DNA of 64,000 nucleotides. Origin: Candidatus Hydrogenedentota bacterium. GTDB lineage: Bacteria > Hydrogenedentota > Hydrogenedentia > Hydrogenedentales > SLHB01. A model generated the notes under the pieces. It was not told the origin of the DNA. It worked only from the letters and a program-made list of their open reading frames with translations, and ran no database searches. The first letter of the stretch is position 1; every line of letters begins with the position of its first letter. The DNA is taken from positions 96,001 through 160,000 of the forward strand of contig CAXXTH010000011.1 in assembly GCA_963668025.2 (NCBI GenBank), in the 5' to 3' direction. The position numbers and the translations under genes are program-made. This document shows, one piece after another, positions 20,196-29,851 of the stretch.

Positions 20196-22241
20196 TTATG
20201 CTTCTTCGCCTTCTATCGCAGCCGAAGCGGATTTGGAGTCCAGCACATCAGGAACGGAACCATCATCAGCGGCATTGCGATCCGCCGTTTCCAGCGTGAT
20301 AAACAAGGCGCGCAAATCGCGGAATCCGCCAACCGTCATCAATGCGCCGACAATGAGCGTGATCAAGAAGAAAATCCAAGCATACACGTGCCAATAGGCC
20401 ATGAAAACTGAATCACTGATGCCAAAGGCCATATGCCAGCACGTTCCCACCAAGAAGATAATCAGGAAAACCAGCATATATGCATACGCGCTGAAGAAGA
20501 TCGCCTTGTCATCGCGCGTAAAATCGGAACTGAAGCCGAGGGTGTTTTTCCAGTCCCGCACGGGAGAAGCAAGCATCATGGAGTCTTCTTTGCCCGCATA
20601 TTTTCCCCGATGCAGCATGCGGTCCAGCTCGAAGCCGGGCTGCCGCCCTAGTAATGAAAAGACCACATACCCAAGCAGGGAGCCCACCATGGCGAAGAAG
20701 AACAGTTCTTGTGAGGTCAGGAGGAACTTATGCTCATTGAGTGAAGGGAAGATTTGTTGTGCGTGCGCCCACAGCCCCGGTTGATGGGATTGGATATAAG
20801 CGGCCATTTGCGGCCAGGTTTGATCGATGGCAAAACCAAAAATCGAGACCACCAGGCCAATGAACATGGCCGCCCATGCGCCAGTGGTAGTGCCTTTTTT
20901 CCAATAGAGCCCCCCGACAATCACCGCACCAGCTCCGCCTAAGAAGATCGCGCCGGAGAGCGAAAAAAACATGAAAATGTCGGAGCGCTGATTAAAGATC
21001 AGGCTGAAGACATAAATAAAAACGGCCACACCTAAGATGGACAGGCGCAGGTACCGCAGATGCTGGCGGGGCGTGAAGGGCTTGCCCCTCAACGGCAGAA
21101 CGATATCCTGCAGGAAAATGCTTCCCCAAGAATGGAGATAGGTATCATGGGTGCCAACGAACGCAGCCATGACCACGGTAATGAACAGCCCCATGATACC
21201 AACAGGAAAGATGTTGCTAAGTGCGATGGGAACCGTCATTTGGCTGCGAATCTGTTCATCAGCGATGCCATTCAGTGCGCCCTGTATTGTCTGCGCTTCA
21301 CCGGTAAAGAGAGGATTATGCATCACGGTATATACGCACAACGGCAGCATCACCAAGAACAACGTGGGAATCAGCATGCGCAGATAGCCGAGAATTTTTG
21401 ACATGCGGGCTTCATGCGCATCTCTGGCCGCGCTGTTGTAGCCCGCTTGCCCCTGCCAGGCAAACGCGCCGTACCACATGCTGAACAAGCCGATCAGGAA
21501 GTAAAACGTGTCGTAGTTTTCCAAGCCTCCGATCTTGAAGGGATGCACCATCGACTTCCCTTCGGGAGCCTGGCTAATCGTGGTGATTATCGTTGACCAA
21601 TCGAAGCGATAGAAGAGAAAAACCAGCACGATGATGAAAGCGATATTGCAGAAAGCGCCTTGCAGAAAGTCTGTCACCATCACGGAAATCTGGCCGCCCA
21701 CAAATGTGAACCAAATGGCCAAGGCGAGCAGCAGGGCCATGCCTACCGCATAGGTCGAACACTCGATTCCAAACAAGCCAAATGATACGGGCAAACCGCA
21801 GAAATACATGATAAACCGCATACTGACTGCGGGGAAAATACCGAAGTTGATGATGCCCGAAAGAAAGGCCAGGATGCCGGAAACCACACGGAACCTGCGG
21901 CTATATCGCATTTCAAAGAATTGCGCAAGCGTCATGGCGCGCGTCTGGCGGAAACGGAAGATCACCCAGCCGGTGATCGCCATGAAGACACTCATGGGCA
22001 TGAGAATCGATTGCCACCACAACGGGGTGAATCCCCCCTCGTAGAACATCTGGAAATAGGCCACCATGGTGATGGGGCCGAATCCCGCCATGCCATCGCC
22101 CACGGCGATGATATAGCGCCCCGCGCAGCGGTTGGCGGCTAGAAAGTCGGCCACGCTGCGGGCATAGCGTTTGGTGCGCCAGGCCATATAGGAGATGCTT
22201 GAAATGAAAACCAACAAAATGAGCCAGTCAATCAAATGCAT
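20196..22241 (-). CDS. Sodium:solute symporter (SSS family)
   Basis: DFLAANRCAGRY, TLAQFFEMRYS, GGQISVMVTDFLQ, GLYWKKGTTTGA; many TM helices. Confidence 0.9.
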   Translation of the reverse strand: MHLIDWLILLVFISSISYMAWRTKRYARSVADFLAANRCAGRYIIAVGDGMAGFGPITMVAYFQMFYEGGFTPLWWQSILMPMSVFMAITGWVIFRFRQTRAMTLAQFFEMRYSRRFRVVSGILAFLSGIINFGIFPAVSMRFIMYFCGLPVSFGLFGIECSTYAVGMALLLALAIWFTFVGGQISVMVTDFLQGAFCNIAFIIVLVFLFYRFDWSTIITTISQAPEGKSMVHPFKIGGLENYDTFYFLIGLFSMWYGAFAWQGQAGYNSAARDAHEARMSKILGYLRMLIPTLFLVMLPLCVYTVMHNPLFTGEAQTIQGALNGIADEQIRSQMTVPIALSNIFPVGIMGLFITVVMAAFVGTHDTYLHSWGSIFLQDIVLPLRGKPFTPRQHLRYLRLSILGVAVFIYVFSLIFNQRSDIFMFFSLSGAIFLGGAGAVIVGGLYWKKGTTTGAWAAMFIGLVVSIFGFAIDQTWPQMAAYIQSHQPGLWAHAQQIFPSLNEHKFLLTSQELFFFAMVGSLLGYVVFSLLGRQPGFELDRMLHRGKYAGKEDSMMLASPVRDWKNTLGFSSDFTRDDKAIFFSAYAYMLVFLIIFLVGTCWHMAFGISDSVFMAYWHVYAWIFFLITLIVGALMTVGGFRDLRALFITLETADRNAADDGSVPDVLDSKSASAAIEGEEA

Positions 22242-22328
22242 GCTAAACGCCCTTCCTCGTATTCATAAAAAACGATGATACAAAACGTCCGCTCCTGCAG
22301 AGCCGGAAATCTCCGTGGCGCATTCAAT

Positions 22329-25300
22329 TCATTCAATCCGTTTGAGCCGCAGTTCCTTCTTGATTCCACACCATGGCTTCTGCGTCGTGACGGACAGCGT
22401 ATGCTTTTTCCCTCCCAATGAAACCGGAGGAGTCTGCGCCTCGCCAAAAAAGCCTAATGCGTAACGTAGATCGCCCATGGAAACCCATGAGAGCGGTAGC
22501 GCCGCACCATCAAACTCAACCACATAGCTATCCGCCAAATTATGAGATGTGGCGTCGGCGTCGCTATGGCGCAACATAAGCGAGATGGTATAGGTTCCTT
22601 CGACGGGCGCTAGGTTTGACCAGCGGATGGTTCCGGGCAAGCAGGGATAACTGACTTCCGAAAACTCATCAAACCGCGGGCCGATCCGTTCAAACTCCGC
22701 GCCTCCCTCACGCGGGAGCCACTCCACATCGAACAGGCGTTGCGGATCGCCTGTGAGCTCCTGAATATGAAACGAAATCTCCAGCAGCTCGGTATGAGGC
22801 TCGGTGTACGTATCCATCACCCATGGCTGGCCCAGGCCAAAGACCTTGGCCTTAGGCGACAAATCGGGATCGGAATGATAGAACCTTAAATCCAGTGATT
22901 CCGGCCCCGCATGCTCCTCGTCAGACCGGTCGGTCAGCACTACATTGCCAGCATTGGTTTGAATGTCCGTTAGCAGAATCCCTTTTCCCTCTTCGTCGGC
23001 AAAACATAGCGCAGGATGCTCGGGATGGAGCGGATCAACCACCGATTGCCAAAGGCGTCCGCTGGGCTGGACATTCTGGTATAGCGCGCCTGATGTCATC
23101 AGGCACCCAGCAGGCATCGTGCGGTCCCAGCGATATTCCGGCGTGGGAAACGGATAATGCCGCCGAAGCGTGCGATCAGCCAATAATGCCGTACGGCTGC
23201 AAACCCACCACCGGGAGGTATTCAGGAACCGGAGCGCCGGAATGATGTTCATTCCAGCGGTCTTTAGCTTCAAGGCAACGCGGACGCCATCCGATTCCTG
23301 GCGAACCTGGTATTCTCCCCGGGGTGACACATATTGGGTTTCCGTTGGCGCCTGCTGGGCGGCCTGCCAGCCGTCCGCATCCAGGAGCAGGGTGGCAAGC
23401 AACCGGCCCGAGCGGACAGCCAGCGATGCGGGCTGGGTTTCGACAGTAAAGGGAACCGGGTCTGGCAGGCTCACATGATCGGCAGTCCTTATTTCAGGAA
23501 CGGAGATGGCCACGGGCGGCGCTCCGATACGTAGCAGCGCCGTTTGGTAGCCTTTGAGCGTCCATGCAAAAGCATGCTTTTGAATAACGCCAGCGTTTCC
23601 AGAAACGCCATCATAGACCCGTGTGCCGTCGGCCAAGGCCAGCTCGGGCGGTAAAGAAACCGTGCCGCTCACGGAGTGGCTGGATAAATTGGCCAGTCCC
23701 AAGGCATGGCCCGTGGAAGTGGAACGCAACACGCTGAACACAGCCGGATCAAAATGGACTCCTAGATAATCCGGCTCACCATACGAAAACTCAGGAATGC
23801 TTCGGCGCGCCCAAATTATCTGGCGCAAGGCGTCAAACGAGCCAATCTCATCTTCCTGATAGAACATGGGGATGCCAGGTACGGACAGGCAAACGCCCCA
23901 GAAAGCGCGAGCCAGCCCCGCGCCAAAACGGAAGGCGGGGCGGCCAAATTCACCGACGCTGTCATGGTTGCCTAACGTACGGATTATCCGCATGCCCTCG
24001 GGCAGCGAGCCGCGTTCATTCTCGAAGAAATCCCGAATACGCTGGTTCATGGCAGGCGCATCATTCCAATCGCCGGGCAAGCCATGGGCAAACAGGCCGG
24101 TCGTCGGGATGCCATAACTGATTGGTGCAAGCCGCACATATTCAGGATGGTCTTCCCGGGACTCGGGAATGAGCATAGGCACGGCATTCCGCACATCCAT
24201 TCCGTCATAGATGGCTTCAAGCATTTCTAGCGAGCCGCCAAGCGTCGAATAGGAGGCTTGGTTGGTGCGGGGTGAAGTCCAATTCGCCCCCATGCCGTCG
24301 GCGACGTCAATACGCACTCCCTCCATTCCGAACTGGCGGGAGAGCCGCCGGGCGCAACGCTGCATCACCGCCTGCCATTTCGGCGACGAGTAATCCATCG
24401 CCGCGCCATCGTAATCGCGGGTGGGCTCACCGTCAGGACGCCCCGTCCACCACTCACGGAGTTCCGTGGCTTGTGGGGCCTGATACCCGTGGGGAACCAA
24501 TTCGCCCAGCAAATGGATCTGGTGCTGGCGGGCGGTTGCAGCCAATGCATCTAGCGCTTCTTCTCCCCCGAGCACGGGATCAATCTCATCAAAATCCCGA
24601 GGGGCATACAGATTCCAGTTCCCCTGAACGGCATCGGGCGGGGTTTTATGGGTATGGACGGAATTCAGCCAGAGCGTCGTGATGCCCAGATCGGCCAGAT
24701 ACGGGAGTTGTTTCTCGAAAGCAGCGAAGCCGCCCACATCGCTGAACCGGGCGTCGATATGCCCGCCCGCACTAGCTTCATACAAGATGGACTCGGTGAT
24801 CCACCCTGGCATGGATTTTGGCGCCACCAGGCCAATCGTGCGATACCATTGCTGCGCCAGCGGCCTAAAATCTGCGGCTGTTCCATCCTCGAGCCAAACC
24901 GCGAACTGGCCAATCCGCGCCTTTTTTCCAGGCTGGAGCCGCCAGGCCGCGCCGGGATAAATGCAAACCATATCTCCTTCTTTGACTACATTGTAGAAAT
25001 CCGTCGTGGCGCGATATGCGAGCAGGGCATCCTTTCCTCCGCCGACTTCCCCCATCCAGAAAGGATGCGGCTCCCATTGCCGGGCCCCTTCGGGGTGGGC
25101 TGGAATGAACTTCATGCTCGCCCCCGTCAGATCCTGCACGCCGCCCGAAAGGTTGGTATAAACGAAAGAGATGAGCCACGCATTGTCACCGAGCTCGGCC
25201 ATCCGCTCATATCGAACGAGCAGCTCGCCCGCCGCTTTTACCAGCCGCCATTCCCATACGGGAGCTTGCGTTGGCGAAATCTCTTGCGCCGAGGCTTCAG

Positions 25301-25508
25301 CCGCAAAGGATTGGCCATTGATCGTGACATTGACGGCGTACCCTGCCCCCTCGCCTAAGAGCATCTGGTTCTCCATGGAGGCCCGCAACCAGCCATTATG
25401 TAAAGACCAGGCCACTTGTTTCATGTCACCAGCCTCATCGGCAGCGCCATTCATCGCCATCACCCAAGCTCCTAAAACCAGAAAAGATGTTTGTTTGAAT
25501 CGCATCAT
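22329..25508 (-). CDS. Secreted multidomain GH13 (alpha-amylase family)-like glycoside hydrolase
   Basis: LPYLADLGITTLWL, IDPVLG, GVRIDVA (nucleophile Asp), LIPES (acid/base Glu), LGNHD, PGIPMFYQ; signal peptide from ATG 25508 with SD GGGGAG. Confidence 0.75.
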   Translation of the reverse strand: MMRFKQTSFLVLGAWVMAMNGAADEAGDMKQVAWSLHNGWLRASMENQMLLGEGAGYAVNVTINGQSFAAEASAQEISPTQAPVWEWRLVKAAGELLVRYERMAELGDNAWLISFVYTNLSGGVQDLTGASMKFIPAHPEGARQWEPHPFWMGEVGGGKDALLAYRATTDFYNVVKEGDMVCIYPGAAWRLQPGKKARIGQFAVWLEDGTAADFRPLAQQWYRTIGLVAPKSMPGWITESILYEASAGGHIDARFSDVGGFAAFEKQLPYLADLGITTLWLNSVHTHKTPPDAVQGNWNLYAPRDFDEIDPVLGGEEALDALAATARQHQIHLLGELVPHGYQAPQATELREWWTGRPDGEPTRDYDGAAMDYSSPKWQAVMQRCARRLSRQFGMEGVRIDVADGMGANWTSPRTNQASYSTLGGSLEMLEAIYDGMDVRNAVPMLIPESREDHPEYVRLAPISYGIPTTGLFAHGLPGDWNDAPAMNQRIRDFFENERGSLPEGMRIIRTLGNHDSVGEFGRPAFRFGAGLARAFWGVCLSVPGIPMFYQEDEIGSFDALRQIIWARRSIPEFSYGEPDYLGVHFDPAVFSVLRSTSTGHALGLANLSSHSVSGTVSLPPELALADGTRVYDGVSGNAGVIQKHAFAWTLKGYQTALLRIGAPPVAISVPEIRTADHVSLPDPVPFTVETQPASLAVRSGRLLATLLLDADGWQAAQQAPTETQYVSPRGEYQVRQESDGVRVALKLKTAGMNIIPALRFLNTSRWWVCSRTALLADRTLRRHYPFPTPEYRWDRTMPAGCLMTSGALYQNVQPSGRLWQSVVDPLHPEHPALCFADEEGKGILLTDIQTNAGNVVLTDRSDEEHAGPESLDLRFYHSDPDLSPKAKVFGLGQPWVMDTYTEPHTELLEISFHIQELTGDPQRLFDVEWLPREGGAEFERIGPRFDEFSEVSYPCLPGTIRWSNLAPVEGTYTISLMLRHSDADATSHNLADSYVVEFDGAALPLSWVSMGDLRYALGFFGEAQTPPVSLGGKKHTLSVTTQKPWCGIKKELRLKRIE

Positions 25509-25718
25509 GAACGTTTCAACTCCCCAGATGATGCAATAGATGTGATGATATGATTTCTTTGTGGAAAATGACCGGCGAAGGCGCCGATCCCACATAGGGC
25601 AACCACATCACAAACGCAACATGAACCGCTATACGTCCCAAAAGGCGCAAGAAGATCGTCTTTTTCCCCTGTATCTCTTGTGCCTTTTGCAGCCCGTGCT
25701 CACACAACTAGCCGAATT

Positions 25719-28547
25719 TCAACTATGTTTGAAGTGTTTTCGGGATTCGGGATAAATGGCTACAATACATCCCACCCCCTTGGGATTGAGCGTCAACCGG
25801 AGAACGGCCTGTCCATTTCTAGAATGCGGCTTCAGGGTTTTACCCGTGAAAGCATTTATGAACTTAGCGCCTCGCGTATAGGGCAGCGCGATCACTTCCC
25901 CTTCATACGTTTCGTTGCGGCCGTTGTAGAGCGTGTAGGCAATTTCCTTGGAACCTGTGAATTTGTTCGCGAATAGACCGTTTGCCAAGGTGGGAACCAA
26001 TGTTTCGGCCTGTGTTCCCGCGAATGCGTCGAGATGTTCACGCAGCACGCGGTGGCACGCTTGGATGGCCCGGCGTGTTTGAGGAGCGTACCATTTTGTA
26101 GCCCACCCCTGTAGCCAAATCCCTTCGCCATTCCAGAACGTCCAGCGCGGGCCTGTGGCCCAAGTGCCGGTGGGTGAGTCGCAATTGAGGATCTCGAAGT
26201 TCTTGAAATCGGGGAACGCATACCGGAAAAGTTTGAGCGGAGCCAGCGGCTCTAGCTTGCGCTGGCGCTGCATGCTATAGGAGAAGGAAGCATCTTGATA
26301 CTGGCTGATCACGTCCGTTGGCGAATATTCAGTATAGAGCATCACATCTTTTTTGACCGATTCGATAGCGGTGCGGAAACGTTTGGTCGCTTCGGCCTCC
26401 GCCGCCAACGAATTGCTGGGCACGGGATGGCCGTGGTCTTTGGAATAACACCACCGGATCGGGCCGTTGAGAGAGAACTGGTCGATATACATACCGTCGG
26501 CGTCCATCCGCTGCACCATGCGCGCATAGGTCTCGGCTTGAATCTCCGTCCAGGGCTGGATCGTCGGGCAGATACCCACCTCGGGCGAACCTGGCCAGCG
26601 CCCTTCGGAGCCATCGTTGCAGATTTGCGCCCAAGGTTTGGCATACATCTGGCCCAAGCGGCCGGTCTCGTTCAGCAAGTATCCCTCGATGTAATAGCCG
26701 ACACGCAAGCCGCGATCGCGGACGCCTTGCACTGCTTTCTGGAAACCAGCCCAGCCTTGCGGGAGATGAAAACCTGTTTCATACTCGTCGCCTGGGTCGA
26801 AATCACCCACGCGGCCATAAGTCCGCCCATACGGTCCCGCCATGCCCCAGTCGAAAATATGGAGGTATTCGCTGCCGCCAAACGCTTCATTCGTCTCGTC
26901 GATATATTCCTGGAACGTATACGTATTCGTATTCGGATCGACCATCGTGCCAAAGTAATCGATGTACATGAATCCTTGGCGGAAATTGAACACTTCACGC
27001 ATCCATTGAGGACGCGGGGCGATTGGTTTGTGCCAGGCGGCCACCCAAGATTTGTAATCCTCATATGCCGCCCGCCAATCCCCGGTATGCACCAGCACCT
27101 GAGTGGGAGCCAGCGCATATACATTCAATGGAGCCAATTCGCGCGGCTGGTACACCAGGCGCATGGAAACGCCAGTTTCTGTCTTATTCAGGTGATACAT
27201 TTTCTCGAGGCTGTCGAGGTCGCGCACCTGCAAACCAATGCCGCCGCCTAAAAGTGGATTGTAGGCGTCCATGAATTGCAGCGACATGAAGGAGCCGCCA
27301 TACCACTGGGCCAATTCTTTCGGAGCATCACTCCAGGAAGTCTCGGAGGCCGGATACATATACCACATGTTCGTGGCCGGCCCCATGAGCACGCTGGTTA
27401 GGCGGGGGCCAATGGGCTCAATTTGTATAGGCGCTGAGCCGGTGTTGCGCACGCTCAGGCGGCAATCAATCGCGGGGGCATCTCCCACACCCAAGCTGAG
27501 AACCACTTCCAACGCAGGATCGGCGCATGTGAATGTCAGCATGTAGCCCGCTTGATTGCCCAGAGGAATAGAGGAGGTTAATGTAAACTTGTTAATATCG
27601 AGTTCATTTCCGCCTATGCCAATACCGAACAACGGCAACGGGGCGTCACTCAGGCAATTCATTTCCAATGCCCGGTGAAATAGCCGAGTGGGCAATGCGC
27701 CATGCGCCAGATCAAACTCGGCCTCGAGATAACGATTGGAGAGGGAAAGGCGGGAACCTTCGAGAACCGCCTTCGGCTCCTGGCGGGGCCAATTCGGCTT
27801 CAGTTCTTTCGTGGCCGGGATGCGCTTCACGGTCCAGCGGTCTTCAAAACGGCGATGCGCACTGGTGCTGAGTGTAAGGGCGGCCACGCCCAATTCGGCT
27901 TGAGTCGTTCCTTTGTATAGAACCAATTCACGGAGTTCACGGTCTGGATCCATACGCACCGTTAAGACCTGCAAACCCGGGGCCACACCCCACCGGTCTG
28001 ACCCGACACGCGCAGGCAACGCGCGTTGTTCCGAGCCGTCCGCATACCGGATCGTCACACAGATGCGGTCGATGTTTTCCATCTTCGAGAAAGGTTCCTG
28101 GACCGGCAGATATCCTGTGAAATAAACAGGCTCTTCATCTCCTTTCATACTGGCCAAGGTGAGCAGGTACGCTTCGCTTGCGTGGCCAGATACGGGGATT
28201 TTAATCTCGGCTTCCGGTTTTCCGCCAACGGTCGCCATGAGTACATTGCCCGTCAAACGCACGGTAAAAGGCAATTCATTCACCGTGAAGTATTGCGCCG
28301 GAAACCAATCGGCTAAACCGAAATCCTTTTTGGCGATTGCCACGGTGTAATTGGCAAGTGAAGGTAATTCCACCGGCTGAAAAGTTTTCATATCAGCAGG
28401 CCAAGCCGACAGCGAATGGGTTAATGCATTTAACGATACCGGCGGCGTGTCCATCGGCGAGTCTGCAGGCGTACCAGGGTCATCTCCTATTGCCGGACAC
28501 GAAATGCTTATAACCATCAATGACAGAAGCATTATTTTCGTATACAT
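25719..28547 (-). CDS. Secreted putative glycoside hydrolase (DUF6259-like TIM barrel)
   Basis: Signal peptide MYTKIMLL...AIG; HTGDWRAAYEDYKSW, LHIFDW, GYYIEGYL, DGMYIDQ motifs; start could be 28574. Confidence 0.6.
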   Translation of the reverse strand: MYTKIMLLSLMVISISCPAIGDDPGTPADSPMDTPPVSLNALTHSLSAWPADMKTFQPVELPSLANYTVAIAKKDFGLADWFPAQYFTVNELPFTVRLTGNVLMATVGGKPEAEIKIPVSGHASEAYLLTLASMKGDEEPVYFTGYLPVQEPFSKMENIDRICVTIRYADGSEQRALPARVGSDRWGVAPGLQVLTVRMDPDRELRELVLYKGTTQAELGVAALTLSTSAHRRFEDRWTVKRIPATKELKPNWPRQEPKAVLEGSRLSLSNRYLEAEFDLAHGALPTRLFHRALEMNCLSDAPLPLFGIGIGGNELDINKFTLTSSIPLGNQAGYMLTFTCADPALEVVLSLGVGDAPAIDCRLSVRNTGSAPIQIEPIGPRLTSVLMGPATNMWYMYPASETSWSDAPKELAQWYGGSFMSLQFMDAYNPLLGGGIGLQVRDLDSLEKMYHLNKTETGVSMRLVYQPRELAPLNVYALAPTQVLVHTGDWRAAYEDYKSWVAAWHKPIAPRPQWMREVFNFRQGFMYIDYFGTMVDPNTNTYTFQEYIDETNEAFGGSEYLHIFDWGMAGPYGRTYGRVGDFDPGDEYETGFHLPQGWAGFQKAVQGVRDRGLRVGYYIEGYLLNETGRLGQMYAKPWAQICNDGSEGRWPGSPEVGICPTIQPWTEIQAETYARMVQRMDADGMYIDQFSLNGPIRWCYSKDHGHPVPSNSLAAEAEATKRFRTAIESVKKDVMLYTEYSPTDVISQYQDASFSYSMQRQRKLEPLAPLKLFRYAFPDFKNFEILNCDSPTGTWATGPRWTFWNGEGIWLQGWATKWYAPQTRRAIQACHRVLREHLDAFAGTQAETLVPTLANGLFANKFTGSKEIAYTLYNGRNETYEGEVIALPYTRGAKFINAFTGKTLKPHSRNGQAVLRLTLNPKGVGCIVAIYPESRKHFKHS

Positions 28548-28840
28548 CCAGTACACCCTTTCATATGAGTTCATCGATTAAGAACGACTATGCAAATACC
28601 CCTAATTCTTCAAAAGATCAGACGTACGGCAAACATACAAACAAGAGCAATTGCCCGCCTTGTTTCCACCGCATTCCCAGAAGCCATTTAAGCTTATTTA
28701 AGCTTGATTACGTCTAATTTATACATAATCAATCACAAAATTCAAGTATATATCCAATATCGCGCAGGGCGATCTTCTCACAAAGTCGACTTATTTTCAC
28801 AGTATATATCTATATTTTATATTTTTTCTCCACATAATAC

Positions 28841-29005
28841 GTAGCGTAGCCGCAACCAAAAGGCCGGATTTTTCTAACCGCGAATAGATGTGAATGAATC
28901 ATATCGATATATTTTCAATGGCATAGTTTTGTAGGGTGGGGCTTGCCCCACCGTTCAGGGAGGAGACCACCAAAATATCCGGTAAAGATTGTAAAACGTA
29001 ACAAG
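28841..29005 (-). mobile_element. Composite MITE/REP-like element, copy 2 (inverted, shorter)
   Basis: GTAGCGTAGCCGCAACCAAA ... AACCGCGAATAGATGTGAAT ... GTAGGGTGGGGCTTGCCCCACCGTTCA ... AAAATATCCGGTAAAGATTGTA matches the reverse complement of copies 1 and 3. Confidence 0.7.
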
Positions 29006-29186
29006 ATAGTTTCAATGGCATAGTTGCTTCGCTAACCGGATATACCACCATTAGCTATAAAAAACTTCGCGTGCTTGGCGGCTTTGCGTGAAATAGTATT
29101 CCAGCAACCTTGGCTCTTATATGACCAACGCGTTTGTTCGAATCATCCAAGAGCATAAGGATCACAATCACTGCCCATGCGCCTAT

Positions 29187-29215
29187 TTGCATTTCTTGGT
29201 GTGATATGCCATACT
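29187..29215 (+). promoter_or_regulatory. Sigma70-type promoter for hisI-trpE-trpG
   Basis: TTGCAT-17 bp-CATACT with extended -10 TG. Confidence 0.55.
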
Positions 29216-29273
29216 TTTCCGAGATGATAAGCTATTCGCAATTGTTGCCTTTCACCTGATAGGAGATGGACAG

Positions 29274-29327
29274 ATGCTATCGAACGCGCATATTGCTCGC
29301 CGATGGCGTCATTGCATCCATTCCTAA
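29274..29327 (+). CDS. Candidate attenuator leader peptide MLSNAHIARRWRHCIHS
   Basis: AGGAG SD 8 nt upstream; 3 His and 1 Trp codons; lies between the promoter and hisI-trpEG. Confidence 0.4.
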   Translation: MLSNAHIARRWRHCIHS

Positions 29328-29407
29328 TCCCTCTTCGACGGTCTTTCTTTTTTTCGTGAGCGATCTGTATCCCTGCACCAGGGAGAACCGTACACAGGAG
29401 TATTGTC

Positions 29408-29797
29408 ATGAATAATTCTAGCAAATCTATCGGCGCGCTTATGGATTTAGTCAAGTGGGATGATAAGGGATTGATCGTAGCCGTCATTCAACACTTCACC
29501 ACGGGCCAGATCCTGATGGTAGGGTATATGAATCAAGAATCATTGGAGGTAACGTTGCATGAACGCAAAGCCTGTTTCTGGTCGCGTTCACGCCAAAAGC
29601 TGTGGCTTAAGGGCGAATCGTCGGGCAATTTCCTTTTGGTTAAGGAGATTCGCACGGACTGTGATGCGGATGCGCTTTTAGTGAGATGCGAGCCCATCGG
29701 ACCCACTTGCCACACGAATGAGACCAGTTGTTTTTACCGTTTGGTGGATGCAACGGGCGAAGTTACGCTGTCGGGCGATGGCGTAGCGGAAAAATAG
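29408..29797 (+). CDS. hisI: Phosphoribosyl-AMP cyclohydrolase
   Basis: FWSRSRQKLWLKGESSG, DCDADALL, PTCHT..SCF; no HisE domain. Confidence 0.95.
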   Translation: MNNSSKSIGALMDLVKWDDKGLIVAVIQHFTTGQILMVGYMNQESLEVTLHERKACFWSRSRQKLWLKGESSGNFLLVKEIRTDCDADALLVRCEPIGPTCHTNETSCFYRLVDATGEVTLSGDGVAEK

Positions 29798-29851
29798 GCC
29801 ATTAGAAACAACCATATACGCCATGCGCGTGTTTAAATAAGGGGTGTTCCC

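Noticed and set aside
29143-29487. 114-aa minus-strand ORF
   Set aside because: Overlaps hisI and its leader; no protein-like features
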